Shown piece after piece: positions 15,655-25,132 of a stretch of DNA of 45,754 nucleotides. The DNA is from a virus (taxonomy: Duplodnaviria > Caudoviricetes): the IMG/VR virus record IMGVR_UViG_3300015370_000003, positions 1 through 45,754 of that record. One strand, given 5' to 3'. Positions within the stretch are counted from its first letter, which is position 1. Each line of letters begins with the position of its first letter. The notes under the pieces were generated by a model. That model was given only the letters and a program-made list of their open reading frames with translations, was not told the DNA's origin and ran no database searches. A program made the position numbers and the translations under genes.

Positions 15655-15850
15655 AAGACTAGCGGACAAGGCAGGCGAACCACTACACCCCCGCTAGCTG
15701 CCAATAATGTAGTGGATACCGGAACGGGCAACCCTCCGGCGATGATTAACCGGAACAGCATTAGCGGTTAATATTGAACCCAATCAGCTAATCAAGACTG
15801 CGAGGAGAGATATGCTGTGAGTTGTTTCCCATCAACACAAAGGGATTAAA
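15655..15850 (+). ncRNA. Putative multi-pseudoknot ncRNA
   Basis: GC-rich island with crossing helices CTAGCGG/CCGCTAG, GGCAG/CTGCC, CCACTACA/TGTAGTGG, plus CCGGA/TCCGG, TTAACCG/CGGTTAA, ACAGCAT/ATGCTGT. Confidence 0.55.
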
Positions 15851-15961
15851 ACAACAAAAAAACAAAGACCGAATAGGCTTTTTAACCTCACTAGCCTAAA
15901 AAATATTTTCCCCTTGACAAAAACGGTTAAATGTTAAACAATATAATAATAATTGTAATAT

Positions 15962-16417
15962 ATGCTTGACTTAGCAGAATATAACCTCACTATTAACCAA
16001 TATAAATTTATTAATATACTCTACCAGATTTTGCAAGGTAAAACCGAAAATATGTCTCTTGCTAAAATCGCAAAAAAAGCAGGTTATTCTGACGCCTTAG
16101 CCGATCAACCTTGTATTATTATACGCTCAAAAGGTATTCAAAAAGTACTCAACGATAAACAATTTTTACGCAAAATTAAATCAATTCGTGACAGAGCTGG
16201 AAACTTCATCACCGATGCAAAATTACAAAAAGCTAGCGCTAATGATCTAACAAAAATTATTGATACTATGCAGAGAAATGCAAATTTACTGCAAGGTAAA
16301 GCCACTACAATCGCAAAAAATAGCAATTTAAACGTAAATGTCAATGACCTGACGGCAGAGGAAATAAAAGAGATATTAAAGAGCAAGCTAAACAACACAG
16401 AGGCAGAAAATGGCTAA
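15962..16417 (+). CDS. Terminase small subunit (probable)
   Basis: HTH-like SLAKIAKKAGYS; C-terminal NDLTAEEIKEIL; directly upstream of TerL. Confidence 0.7.
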   Translation: MLDLAEYNLTINQYKFINILYQILQGKTENMSLAKIAKKAGYSDALADQPCIIIRSKGIQKVLNDKQFLRKIKSIRDRAGNFITDAKLQKASANDLTKIIDTMQRNANLLQGKATTIAKNSNLNVNVNDLTAEEIKEILKSKLNNTEAENG

Positions 16418-16453
16418 AACTAGACAAATATGTTTGTGGATAAACTGTTTTTA

Positions 16454-16490
16454 GTGTCGCACATTATTCATTGTGCGACACAATGAATAA
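16454..16490. repeat. Overlapping inverted repeats between terS and terL, flanked by two DnaA boxes
   Basis: GTGTCGCACA-N8-TGTGCGACAC and TTATTCATTGTG-N3-CACAATGAATAA; TGTGGATAA at 16435 and 16547. Confidence 0.85.
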
Positions 16491-16697
16491 ATAAATAGAC
16501 AAAAACAAGGTAATAATTGACAAAATAAGAATAAAATTGTGTAATCTGTGGATAAGTGGGGGGGTGTCTGGTTTCATAGGGGGGTATACATATATATAGG
16601 TAAGGTATTATGTTTAAAGGGTTATAAAGGTATCATGTTTAAAGGGAGGAGAAAACATTTAGGTTTTATATTTAATTTGATAAAATTAGTTTATTTT

Positions 16698-18260
16698 ATG
16701 ATAGAGATAGATAAGAATTTAAAGGAGAGATTGAAGTTATGGGAGATGGGAGATAGGAATGTAGGGGACAGGGAGATGATAATGAAGTTATGTAAGGAAG
16801 ACATAGGATATTGGGTTAACAATTTTATATGGACGTATGATCCGAGGTTAGAGGAGGGGGTGATACCGTTTATATTGTATCCGAGGCAGGAGAAGTTAAT
16901 AATGGAATTGGAGAGGAGTTTAAATTTGACAAGGGGGGGGAGTAAGGTGAACATGTTATTGGATAAGCCAAGGGGAGTGGGAGCGACATGGGCGATAATG
17001 GTATGGATATTGCATCATTGGTTATTTGATGATTTTAGTGTAAGGGTAGGGAGTAGGAAGGAGGATTATGTAGATAAGAGGGGAGAGCCGGACACATTAT
17101 TTAGTAAATTTGATTTTGTATTGGATAGGTTGCCTAGGTGGATGTTGCCAATTGGATTTGATATGGGTAGGCACAGGAGTTCAATGTTATTGGTAAATCC
17201 AAAGAATGGTAACAGTATAAGTGGGGAGAGTGCTAATATTAATTTTGGTAGGGGTGGAAGAAAGAGTGTAATAGTATTTGATGAGTTAGCCTTTTGGGAG
17301 TGGGCGAAGAGTTCATGGGAGAGTGCGGGAGAGGCGACAAATTTCAGATTAGCGATGTCAACGCCGCCTGAGAATGGTAGGGATTCGCATTGGTATAAGT
17401 TATTGAAGGGAGTGAGAGGAGAGGTTAAGGTATTTGAATTTGATTGGAGGGATGTTCCTACAAGGGATGAGAAGTGGTTAAGGGAGCAGAGGTTATCAAA
17501 GAGTGAGGAGGAGTTTGCGAGGGAGGTATTGAAGAGTTTTGAAGGGACGACGGAGGGCAAGGTATATGCTAAAGATTTGATATTGGCGGATATAGGGGAA
17601 TATAAGTATAATCCTAAATTGCCATTGTTTGTGTCATGGGATTATGGGTTGGACGGGGTGGGTTTGATATGGTATCAGAAGAATTTTGAGTTAGATAAGG
17701 TATATATAATAGACAGTTATTATAATTTTGATAAGGTAATAGATTTCTATTTTCCTTTTATAACAGGAGTTGTTGTATCAGGATTATTTGAATATACGGA
17801 AGAGGAGTTGAAGAAGATAAAAGAGCATAAGGAATGGAGGAGAGATATAATACATTATGGAGATCCTGATGTTAAGAAGCGTGATTTGAAGAGTGGTGAA
17901 CGCTTGGTTGATTATTTATATAATAGGGGAATATATATACAGCATGAGGAATGGAATGGAAGGACATGGTTGGATTTAAGGGAAAAGACCAAGTTATTAT
18001 TTCAACGATTATGTATAGATGAGAATAAGAATGAGACTTTATTATCTGCATTAAGGAATGCGAAATATCCCAAGAGAAGGGAAAATTCACAAGCGATAGG
18101 AGCACCGAAGAAGCCGATACATGATTGGAGTTCTCATTTAAGGTCTAGTTTGGAATATTTCGCAGATAATGAACCTGAATTTAATCCGATACAGAGTGTT
18201 GAAGAGATAAGGCAAATGGCTGCGCAAGAAGCTAAATTTAATAAATATGATATAATATAA
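16698..18260 (+). CDS. terL: Terminase large subunit
   Basis: LYPRQ Q-motif, DKPRGVGAT Walker A variant, VFDE Walker B, MSTP, VSWDYG nuclease Asp, HDWSSH; ATG 16698 preferred over GTG 16548. Confidence 0.9.
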   Translation: MIEIDKNLKERLKLWEMGDRNVGDREMIMKLCKEDIGYWVNNFIWTYDPRLEEGVIPFILYPRQEKLIMELERSLNLTRGGSKVNMLLDKPRGVGATWAIMVWILHHWLFDDFSVRVGSRKEDYVDKRGEPDTLFSKFDFVLDRLPRWMLPIGFDMGRHRSSMLLVNPKNGNSISGESANINFGRGGRKSVIVFDELAFWEWAKSSWESAGEATNFRLAMSTPPENGRDSHWYKLLKGVRGEVKVFEFDWRDVPTRDEKWLREQRLSKSEEEFAREVLKSFEGTTEGKVYAKDLILADIGEYKYNPKLPLFVSWDYGLDGVGLIWYQKNFELDKVYIIDSYYNFDKVIDFYFPFITGVVVSGLFEYTEEELKKIKEHKEWRRDIIHYGDPDVKKRDLKSGERLVDYLYNRGIYIQHEEWNGRTWLDLREKTKLLFQRLCIDENKNETLLSALRNAKYPKRRENSQAIGAPKKPIHDWSSHLRSSLEYFADNEPEFNPIQSVEEIRQMAAQEAKFNKYDII

Positions 18261-18264
18261 TTAT

Positions 18265-20241
18265 ATGGAATTGCAATATAAAGAGGAATATAAGAATAAA
18301 AAAGAACTTAGACCAAAATGGAGTAAAGAAGAAGAAAATTACAGATCTTTTTTAATAGACAGATTATTGAAAGCTGATAATCAAAGAAATCATGAATATA
18401 CCGAGCTTGATGATATGTCTTATGAAACTTACTATACGGAAAATTCAAAGGCTGCTAATGCTTATATTAGACCAAAAGACAATGCGGAAGATAAAAGAAT
18501 TACCACAGGCACAACTTTGGAGAAAGAGGCGACATTATTGTCGTCTATTTTAAATTACGATATTACGCCAATGATTTTTTCTTATAATGAAATAAATCAA
18601 GAAATATTTGGATTTGGAGATAAACTGCAAGATTTAATTAAAAAATCAAGGGAATTGGAAGAATATGATGAAATTAAAGGTTTGATTTATAAGGAGGGTT
18701 ATGACCAAGGAACTTGTTTTGTAGAGGAGATATGCCAAAAAAAATATGTAAATGAAAAACAAATTAAATCAGAGCTTAAGAATTTGGAAAAATTAAAATG
18801 GAAAAATGAAACTGTTTATAAAGGAAATGAATTAAAAACAAATTTATTTTCAGGACTTAAAATTTATCTTGGAAACTTCAGGGAGTTTTTTATCCAAAAA
18901 CAACCATATATCTTTACAGTTGATTTAATGTCAAGAGCGCAAGCTGAAGTTATTTTCGGACAATTTGATAAATGGAAATATGTGCCTAAAAAAGTAAGTA
19001 AATTTGTTCCTGAAACATTCGGATATACTGAGTATATGGATTTTACTATGCAGGAAATTGAACAAGATTGCGTGGAAATAGTTAAATATTATGATAAATG
19101 GGTTAATGAATATCAAATAATGCTAAATGGAGTTATGATGCTTCCTGTCGGATTTCCTCTAACAGTAGTATCACCAAGCGGAGAATATCCCATGGGAAAA
19201 CTTGATGTAGCGCCTATTTCAAGATATTTTGCCTTATCAAAGTCAGTTCCCGCTAAAACTAAAGTAGACCAACAAGTTTTGGATCACTTCCTTAGAATGA
19301 TGATTTTAAAAATGGAAAAAAGCTTCAATCCGCCAATGGCTAATAATACAAATAGGATTTTATCTAAAAATATTTTTTATCCAAGAACCATACATAATAA
19401 TATAGATCCGTCTAAATTACAGCCGATAGGCGATGTAAATGGACTTTCAAATGCTGAATTTAATATCTTCAGCTTCATTAAAAAGATTATTGATGATAAA
19501 TCAATATCACCTCTTTATTCGGGACAATCTGTTTCAGGAACACAATCAGCCACTGAAATAATGGAGCTTAAAAAACAAAACTTAATGAGGATAGGACAAT
19601 CTGTTTTAGGCGTTATTATGTTTGAAAAACAAATGTCAAATTTAAGGCTATATAATTTATTGCAAAATTGGACTGAGCCAATGTCAGAAAAATTTGATGA
19701 AGTCAAAAAAGCAATGAAGCCTATTTTTATGACACAATCAGTTGAAAGCACAGATGAAAACGGTGAATCAGTAACTAATGTCTATGAATTTAATGAAGAA
19801 GCGGCAAATACTAAAACACCTGAACAAATAGATGCTGAAAATAAAATAATGTCAGGAATTAAAAAAAGAAAAAAAATATACCTTAATCCAAAAGCCATAA
19901 AAGAATTTAAAGGTTCATTTTATATAAAAATGAACATACAAGAAAAAGATAAAGGCGATTTGGATAGAATGCTTTTTACTCAATCAGTAGGAGAAGGATT
20001 TAATTTATTTACACCACAAGCTTTCAATATGGCTTATCTTAAAGAACAATGGGCTATTAAAAATAAACTTGATCCGTCTAAATTGTTTGTGCAGCAACAA
20101 CCAATACAACCTATGACTGGAGAAGAAGGAGAAAACGGCGCAAATAGCGGAGCTACTTCTTCAAGTTCCATGTCGCAAATGCCGGAAGGAATAAAACAAG
20201 CGGTTACTAATCCGTCTTTAAAAGCTATGGCTATGTCTTAA
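18265..20241 (+). CDS. Portal protein (probable, podovirus-type)
   Basis: 658 aa directly after TerL; TQSATEI motif near the C terminus. Confidence 0.75.
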   Translation: MELQYKEEYKNKKELRPKWSKEEENYRSFLIDRLLKADNQRNHEYTELDDMSYETYYTENSKAANAYIRPKDNAEDKRITTGTTLEKEATLLSSILNYDITPMIFSYNEINQEIFGFGDKLQDLIKKSRELEEYDEIKGLIYKEGYDQGTCFVEEICQKKYVNEKQIKSELKNLEKLKWKNETVYKGNELKTNLFSGLKIYLGNFREFFIQKQPYIFTVDLMSRAQAEVIFGQFDKWKYVPKKVSKFVPETFGYTEYMDFTMQEIEQDCVEIVKYYDKWVNEYQIMLNGVMMLPVGFPLTVVSPSGEYPMGKLDVAPISRYFALSKSVPAKTKVDQQVLDHFLRMMILKMEKSFNPPMANNTNRILSKNIFYPRTIHNNIDPSKLQPIGDVNGLSNAEFNIFSFIKKIIDDKSISPLYSGQSVSGTQSATEIMELKKQNLMRIGQSVLGVIMFEKQMSNLRLYNLLQNWTEPMSEKFDEVKKAMKPIFMTQSVESTDENGESVTNVYEFNEEAANTKTPEQIDAENKIMSGIKKRKKIYLNPKAIKEFKGSFYIKMNIQEKDKGDLDRMLFTQSVGEGFNLFTPQAFNMAYLKEQWAIKNKLDPSKLFVQQQPIQPMTGEEGENGANSGATSSSSMSQMPEGIKQAVTNPSLKAMAMS

Positions 20242-20248
20242 ATTATTT

Positions 20249-20701
20249 ATGAAAATAAAAAAATACTTCAAAAAGCTTTTTTATCCGGCTAAATTAAAAG
20301 GAAAATTGAAAAAAAAAGAATTGGAAATATCTGAACTGGTAAAACAAATTAAATTTTATGAAAATAAATTTCAACGATTTTATGAGTTTGAGGCGGATAT
20401 TCTAGAAGCCAGAAAAAGCAATTATTACTTGGATAATTTAAACCCGGATAAACTTAGTGTTTTATTAGCAGAAGCAAGCGCTGTTTGGAATAATAAATCT
20501 TTTAAAAAAATACTTGATTTTTTGGCAAAAGAACAAGCAAGAGAAGCAATATTAAGATCTGCTGATAGCCAAATAAATACATTTCATAGGGCGGCTGTAA
20601 ATAATATCTTTTTAATATTGGATGAATTTGAAAAACTAAATAATATGTTTTTAGAATCTAAGCAAAAAGCTGATGATTTTGATAAACACGAAATAATATA
20701 A
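20249..20701 (+). CDS. Hypothetical head-module protein
   Basis: Position in the operon. Confidence 0.65.
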   Translation: MKIKKYFKKLFYPAKLKGKLKKKELEISELVKQIKFYENKFQRFYEFEADILEARKSNYYLDNLNPDKLSVLLAEASAVWNNKSFKKILDFLAKEQAREAILRSADSQINTFHRAAVNNIFLILDEFEKLNNMFLESKQKADDFDKHEII

Positions 20702-20714
20702 AATAGAAAACATT

Positions 20715-21239
20715 ATGTCAGAAGAATTACAACAACAAATTGAAGAAAAAGAAAATGAACTTCAAGCAGCCAAAGAAGAATTGGCTAAATTTAAAGACAA
20801 AGATTACAATTTTTCAGTTTTAAGAAAAAATATTGATGAAAAAAATGAAGAAGTTGAAAAATTAAGAAAAGAAATAGAAGAAAAAAATAAACTTTTAGAA
20901 GAAAGTAAAAATGAATTTACAAATAAAACCATTGAAATTTATGCAGAAGATTCACTGAAAGCTTTAGCGGGAGAAGACCAAGAATTGCAAGAAAAAATAA
21001 AACAAAATTACGAAAGAATAAAAGATGAAGCACTTACAAAAGAAGATGTTTTTAAAAAAATGAAAGATGCTTATGCAATGACTGTCGGCAGCCAAACAAC
21101 TGAAAAAAAAGAAGCTAATCCTTTGTTTACAGCTTATCAAACTATAAATAGAGAAAATAAAAAAGAGGAAATAAAACAAGAAACAGTAGATTTAGCAAAA
21201 GAACTTGGAATTAAACATATTTATGAAGAAAAAAAATAA
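20715..21239 (+). CDS. Scaffolding protein (possible)
   Basis: Acidic coiled coil ending in DLAKELGI; lies between portal and capsid. Confidence 0.55.
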   Translation: MSEELQQQIEEKENELQAAKEELAKFKDKDYNFSVLRKNIDEKNEEVEKLRKEIEEKNKLLEESKNEFTNKTIEIYAEDSLKALAGEDQELQEKIKQNYERIKDEALTKEDVFKKMKDAYAMTVGSQTTEKKEANPLFTAYQTINRENKKEEIKQETVDLAKELGIKHIYEEKK

Positions 21240-21251
21240 TATTAAAAATTT

Positions 21252-21776
21252 ATGCCTAGACCAAAAAAAAATATGACAAATGAAAATGTAAATGAAAAGG
21301 AACAAAATATAACAAGAGAAGAATATGATAAATTGTTAAAAGAAATTCAACAATTAAAAAGAGGAGAAATGCCTGTTTATGATCCGCAAGAAGAAGAAAC
21401 TTATTACACAGTTAGAATGTATAACGGATTTCCTATAATCGGATTTGAAAATGTGTTAATGAATGAATTAAAAAATAAAGAAGAGATAATTTTTTATTAT
21501 CTGGAAAATTGGGAAACAAAACAACAAGGTAAAATGGAATTTTTAAAGTATATTAATGATTTGAAAAAAGAAAAAGTAAAATCCATAAGTTCAAAAATAA
21601 AAGAAAAAGTTGAAATTCAAGGATATACCACAATAAAAAATGTTCCTGAAGGTTCTTATAAAACAGTTGATACTGGTATTAAAGTTCCATTGAAAGTAAT
21701 AACTCCACAAGTTATACATACTGTTCAATTTGAAAATGGCAAAAAATTAGAAATTAATAATGATTTTTTAAATTAA
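21252..21776 (+). CDS. Hypothetical protein
   Basis: ORF in operon. Confidence 0.65.
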   Translation: MPRPKKNMTNENVNEKEQNITREEYDKLLKEIQQLKRGEMPVYDPQEEETYYTVRMYNGFPIIGFENVLMNELKNKEEIIFYYLENWETKQQGKMEFLKYINDLKKEKVKSISSKIKEKVEIQGYTTIKNVPEGSYKTVDTGIKVPLKVITPQVIHTVQFENGKKLEINNDFLN

Positions 21777-21780
21777 AAAT

Positions 21781-22164
21781 ATGTTTAATAAAATGAAAAA
21801 ACAAAAAGAAAATAGATTAACAGTAGAACAAAAAAAAACATCAGATAAATGTTCAAATATAGCAAAAGATATTTTAAAAATGATTGCAAATTATGATAAT
21901 TTAACAATAGGACAATATAACCAGCATGAGTTTAATGAGGCATATAAAGATTTAATCCAAGAAATTAAAAAATATTTACTTACAAAAAATGTTTTATTGG
22001 AAGAAATTAAATTAATTAATCAATACTTGGAACAGCCGACATTGCAAATAAATCATATATTAAATGAGAATTTAAACAATTCGCTAAGACAAGCTCAAGA
22101 AAAACTTTGGAAAAAATCACCTGAAGATATAACTTATAATGACTTGGATAATATTTTAAAATAA
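21781..22164 (+). CDS. Hypothetical protein
   Basis: ORF in operon. Confidence 0.65.
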   Translation: MFNKMKKQKENRLTVEQKKTSDKCSNIAKDILKMIANYDNLTIGQYNQHEFNEAYKDLIQEIKKYLLTKNVLLEEIKLINQYLEQPTLQINHILNENLNNSLRQAQEKLWKKSPEDITYNDLDNILK

Positions 22165-22165
22165 A

Positions 22166-22687
22166 ATGGCAAATAAATCTTTATTAATAGGATGTGGTAA
22201 ATCAAAAAAAATAGAACTTGTTTTATATAATAAAAATCCAGATAAAATAATTACATTGGATATTAATAAAGATTGTAAACCTGATGTGTTATGGGATTTA
22301 ACAAAACACCCATTACCTTTTAAAGATGAAGAATTTGACCAAGTTCACGCCTACGATGTTTTAGAGCATTTAGCTTATCAAGGAGATTATGAATTTTTTT
22401 TCAAAGAATTTAGTGAGTATTGGAGAATATTAAAAAATAATGGCTATTTTTGTGCAAGTGTTCCTAAAAAAGAAAGTATTTGGGCTTTAGGTGATCCTTC
22501 ACATAAAAGAATAATAACAATAGAACAAATAATTTATTTGGAACAAAAAATATATGAACAATGCGGAAAAACAAAAATTTCAGATTTCAGATATATTTGG
22601 AAAAAGAATTTTGAAATTGTAGATGTAAATTTAGAAAATAAAGATTTAATTTATTTTGTTTTACAAAAAAAGTTTTATGAAAGATAA
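22166..22687 (+). CDS. Class I SAM-dependent methyltransferase (Methyltransf_11-like)
   Basis: LLIGCG, TLDIN, PLPFKDEEFD, VLEHL, WRILKNNG. Confidence 0.85.
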   Translation: MANKSLLIGCGKSKKIELVLYNKNPDKIITLDINKDCKPDVLWDLTKHPLPFKDEEFDQVHAYDVLEHLAYQGDYEFFFKEFSEYWRILKNNGYFCASVPKKESIWALGDPSHKRIITIEQIIYLEQKIYEQCGKTKISDFRYIWKKNFEIVDVNLENKDLIYFVLQKKFYER

Positions 22688-23465
22688 TTTAAAAATTTGT
22701 ATTTGTCTTGCTCATAATTATAGTAGTTTTGATAGAAATTTTGTTATGAGCTTACTTACCATGCAATCATATTTTTATGAATGGAGAAAAGAAGCTGGTA
22801 AAAATCATAGTTTAATGTTGATGGTTCATGGCGGATATTGTCTTGATAAAATGAGAAATGCTGTAACAATAGAGGCATTAAATAACAATGCTGATATAAT
22901 TTTATATCTTGATACTGACATGACCTTTCCTCCAAATACCATAGTAAGATTATTAAAAACATTGGAAGATAATCCTGAATATAAAGCAGTTTCAGGCTTA
23001 TATACTGCTAAAAAAGACCCTTATGTTCCGCAAATATTTAGTAAGTTTGATAAAAAAAGACAAAGATTTGTCCGTTCAGTAGCTTTTTGGCTTGATAATC
23101 CTTTTCCTATAGATGGTGCAGGTTTAGGTATTTTCATGGTTTGGGCAGATGAAATAAAAAAACTTGAAATGCCATATTTTAAATTTGTTGACAAGGGTGA
23201 GAATAAATTGATAAAATATGGAATGGGAGAAGATTTATATTTCTGTTGGAAATTAATAAATAACAATGTAAAAATAATATGTGATCCACAAACAATTTGT
23301 GGACATTTGGATACAAGACCCGTTGATTTGGGAAGCTATGTAAGAAAAAATAAATTGAAAATAAAAAATAACCAAATTTATATAACTAAAGAACAAGTTA
23401 AAATTCTTGAAAAAAAATCTAAAAAACAATTTGAACAAAAAGAAACTAAAATAAAATTTAAATAA
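22677..23465 (+). CDS. GT-A fold (GT2-like) glycosyltransferase
   Basis: MRNAV, ILYLDTDM (DxD), GAGLG, GEDLYFC, CGH. Confidence 0.85.
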   Translation: MKDNLKICICLAHNYSSFDRNFVMSLLTMQSYFYEWRKEAGKNHSLMLMVHGGYCLDKMRNAVTIEALNNNADIILYLDTDMTFPPNTIVRLLKTLEDNPEYKAVSGLYTAKKDPYVPQIFSKFDKKRQRFVRSVAFWLDNPFPIDGAGLGIFMVWADEIKKLEMPYFKFVDKGENKLIKYGMGEDLYFCWKLINNNVKIICDPQTICGHLDTRPVDLGSYVRKNKLKIKNNQIYITKEQVKILEKKSKKQFEQKETKIKFK

Positions 23466-23598
23466 GTAAAATTTGCGAGGCAACTAACCTCTGTAAAAAA
23501 GTTTATTACTTAACCCGAAGAGAAACTTCGTTAAAAACATAAGTAATGTAGGGATTCAGACCCTATTTTTTTGAATTTAAAAAACTAACTAAACTTTT

Positions 23599-24018
23599 AT
23601 GAAACCATTAAAAGACGGTTGGGCTATTAAATCATATCCAAAGTCTGCTTCCGTTACATTTACACAAGGCGACTTGGTATTTTTATCGGCTGGATATGTT
23701 TATACAGCAACAGCTCAATCTACAAAACATTTAGGAATTATCCTAGAGGCTATAACCTCAGGTGATAGTGATTTTGCGTCTAATACAGAAGTAAAAATCG
23801 CAGTTCCTGATGGATTAGCTTCAGAATTTGAAGCAACAGTAACAGGCACTTTGACATCAACCGATGTAGGCGCTCAATTTGATTTATCAACTGCTGGTTT
23901 AATCAATAAAGCAGGAACAACTTATAAAGTTGTTACTTGTGTTGGTTATAAGTCAGCAACAAAAGGTCGTTTTATTCTTAATTCTAATATGGTATTTGCG
24001 GACACAACTTGGGATTAA
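23599..24018 (+). CDS. Capsid decoration/cement-like protein
   Basis: Small Thr/Ala/Gly-rich beta protein immediately before the capsid gene. Confidence 0.55.
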   Translation: MKPLKDGWAIKSYPKSASVTFTQGDLVFLSAGYVYTATAQSTKHLGIILEAITSGDSDFASNTEVKIAVPDGLASEFEATVTGTLTSTDVGAQFDLSTAGLINKAGTTYKVVTCVGYKSATKGRFILNSNMVFADTTWD

Positions 24019-24053
24019 TCCAATTTGTTTGCACATATTAAATATTTAAATAT

Positions 24054-25064
24054 ATGTCATCTTATACAAGTTTATTATCGGTTGCTTCTTTGGATGTCTT
24101 TACAGATTTAATTACTAAAGACTTCACATATAATCAGCAAATGATTACTCCGATAGCTCAACAACTTTATATTGTTGATAACAGAGAAGCAAATTCAGGT
24201 GACCAAGTAAGATATGACGAAGTTGATACAGAAACTTTTGCTTTACTTAAAGCGGAAGGCGATGACGCTTCAAAAGTATCTGCTGGTGTAGGCTACAACA
24301 AAACAAATCAGGCGAAAAGAATTGCGACTGAAATTGAAATCACTTATGAAATGCGAAGATATAATAAGAAACCTATGATTGTTTCTTTAATGACTAATCT
24401 TTCACATTTTTGTCCGCAAAGACTTGAACTTGATTTAACACATAGAATAACTTTTGCCACTTCATCTACTTATGTTGATCAAGATGGACAAACAGTAACT
24501 GTTACTATGGGCGATGGTTATCCATTAACTTATGCTACTCATGATTTGGCAAATTCTTCTTCCACATACAGAAATAGAATTTCAGGAGATCCTGTTTTAT
24601 CACAAGGTTCTTTAGAATCAGCAGAAGAATTGGCAAATACAAATGTATTGTCAAATTTTGGTGAACGAAGAGTGTTGAATTTCAACACATTGGTTACAGG
24701 CGATGATCCAAACACTTGCAGAACAGCAAAACAAATAATGAATAGCACAGCAGATGTTGACGCAGCTCAATCTGGTGTTATGAATTATTACGCAGGATCT
24801 TATAGGCATATTAAATTGCCTTATTTGGCAACTACTGCCGCTGGAGCTTATGACAGCACAAAGAAAAAATGGTGGGGCATTTTCGCCATTGGAAATGGTG
24901 TTAATGGTTCTTGGCAGGCATATTTATCAATTTTTGAACCTAATAATTTGAAAACTCCTGAAGAGGATGTTCATAGCGATAATTATGTTTATGGTTCAAG
25001 AATGTCATATTGTATTACTGTTGTTTCAGGCAGAGGTGCAATAATGTCTTGTCCAACTACTTAA
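24054..25064 (+). CDS. Major capsid protein (HK97 fold, Mu gpT-like)
   Basis: 336 aa; GDGYPL...H, LVTG...AKQIMNS, LPYL...WW pattern; position. Confidence 0.75.
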   Translation: MSSYTSLLSVASLDVFTDLITKDFTYNQQMITPIAQQLYIVDNREANSGDQVRYDEVDTETFALLKAEGDDASKVSAGVGYNKTNQAKRIATEIEITYEMRRYNKKPMIVSLMTNLSHFCPQRLELDLTHRITFATSSTYVDQDGQTVTVTMGDGYPLTYATHDLANSSSTYRNRISGDPVLSQGSLESAEELANTNVLSNFGERRVLNFNTLVTGDDPNTCRTAKQIMNSTADVDAAQSGVMNYYAGSYRHIKLPYLATTAAGAYDSTKKKWWGIFAIGNGVNGSWQAYLSIFEPNNLKTPEEDVHSDNYVYGSRMSYCITVVSGRGAIMSCPTT

Positions 25065-25132
25065 TTAAATAATTTTACAGTTTATGCTTAAAAGGTGCGG
25101 TGGTGGAATTGTAAAGTTTAACTTATAATTTT

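Noticed and set aside
15655-15850. tmRNA or hammerhead ribozyme
   Set aside because: Lacks tRNA-like termini; CGATGA is not the CUGANGA core and no properly placed GAAA follows.
16548-16697. GTG start giving a 50-aa N-terminal extension of TerL
   Set aside because: The GTG lies within a DnaA box and G-tract; ATG 16698 has a genome-typical leader.
16691-18105. Minus-strand ORFs within terL and other antisense ORFs in the track (e.g. 27499..27813, 33997..34482)
   Set aside because: Explained by the codon bias of well-supported + strand genes; no motifs.
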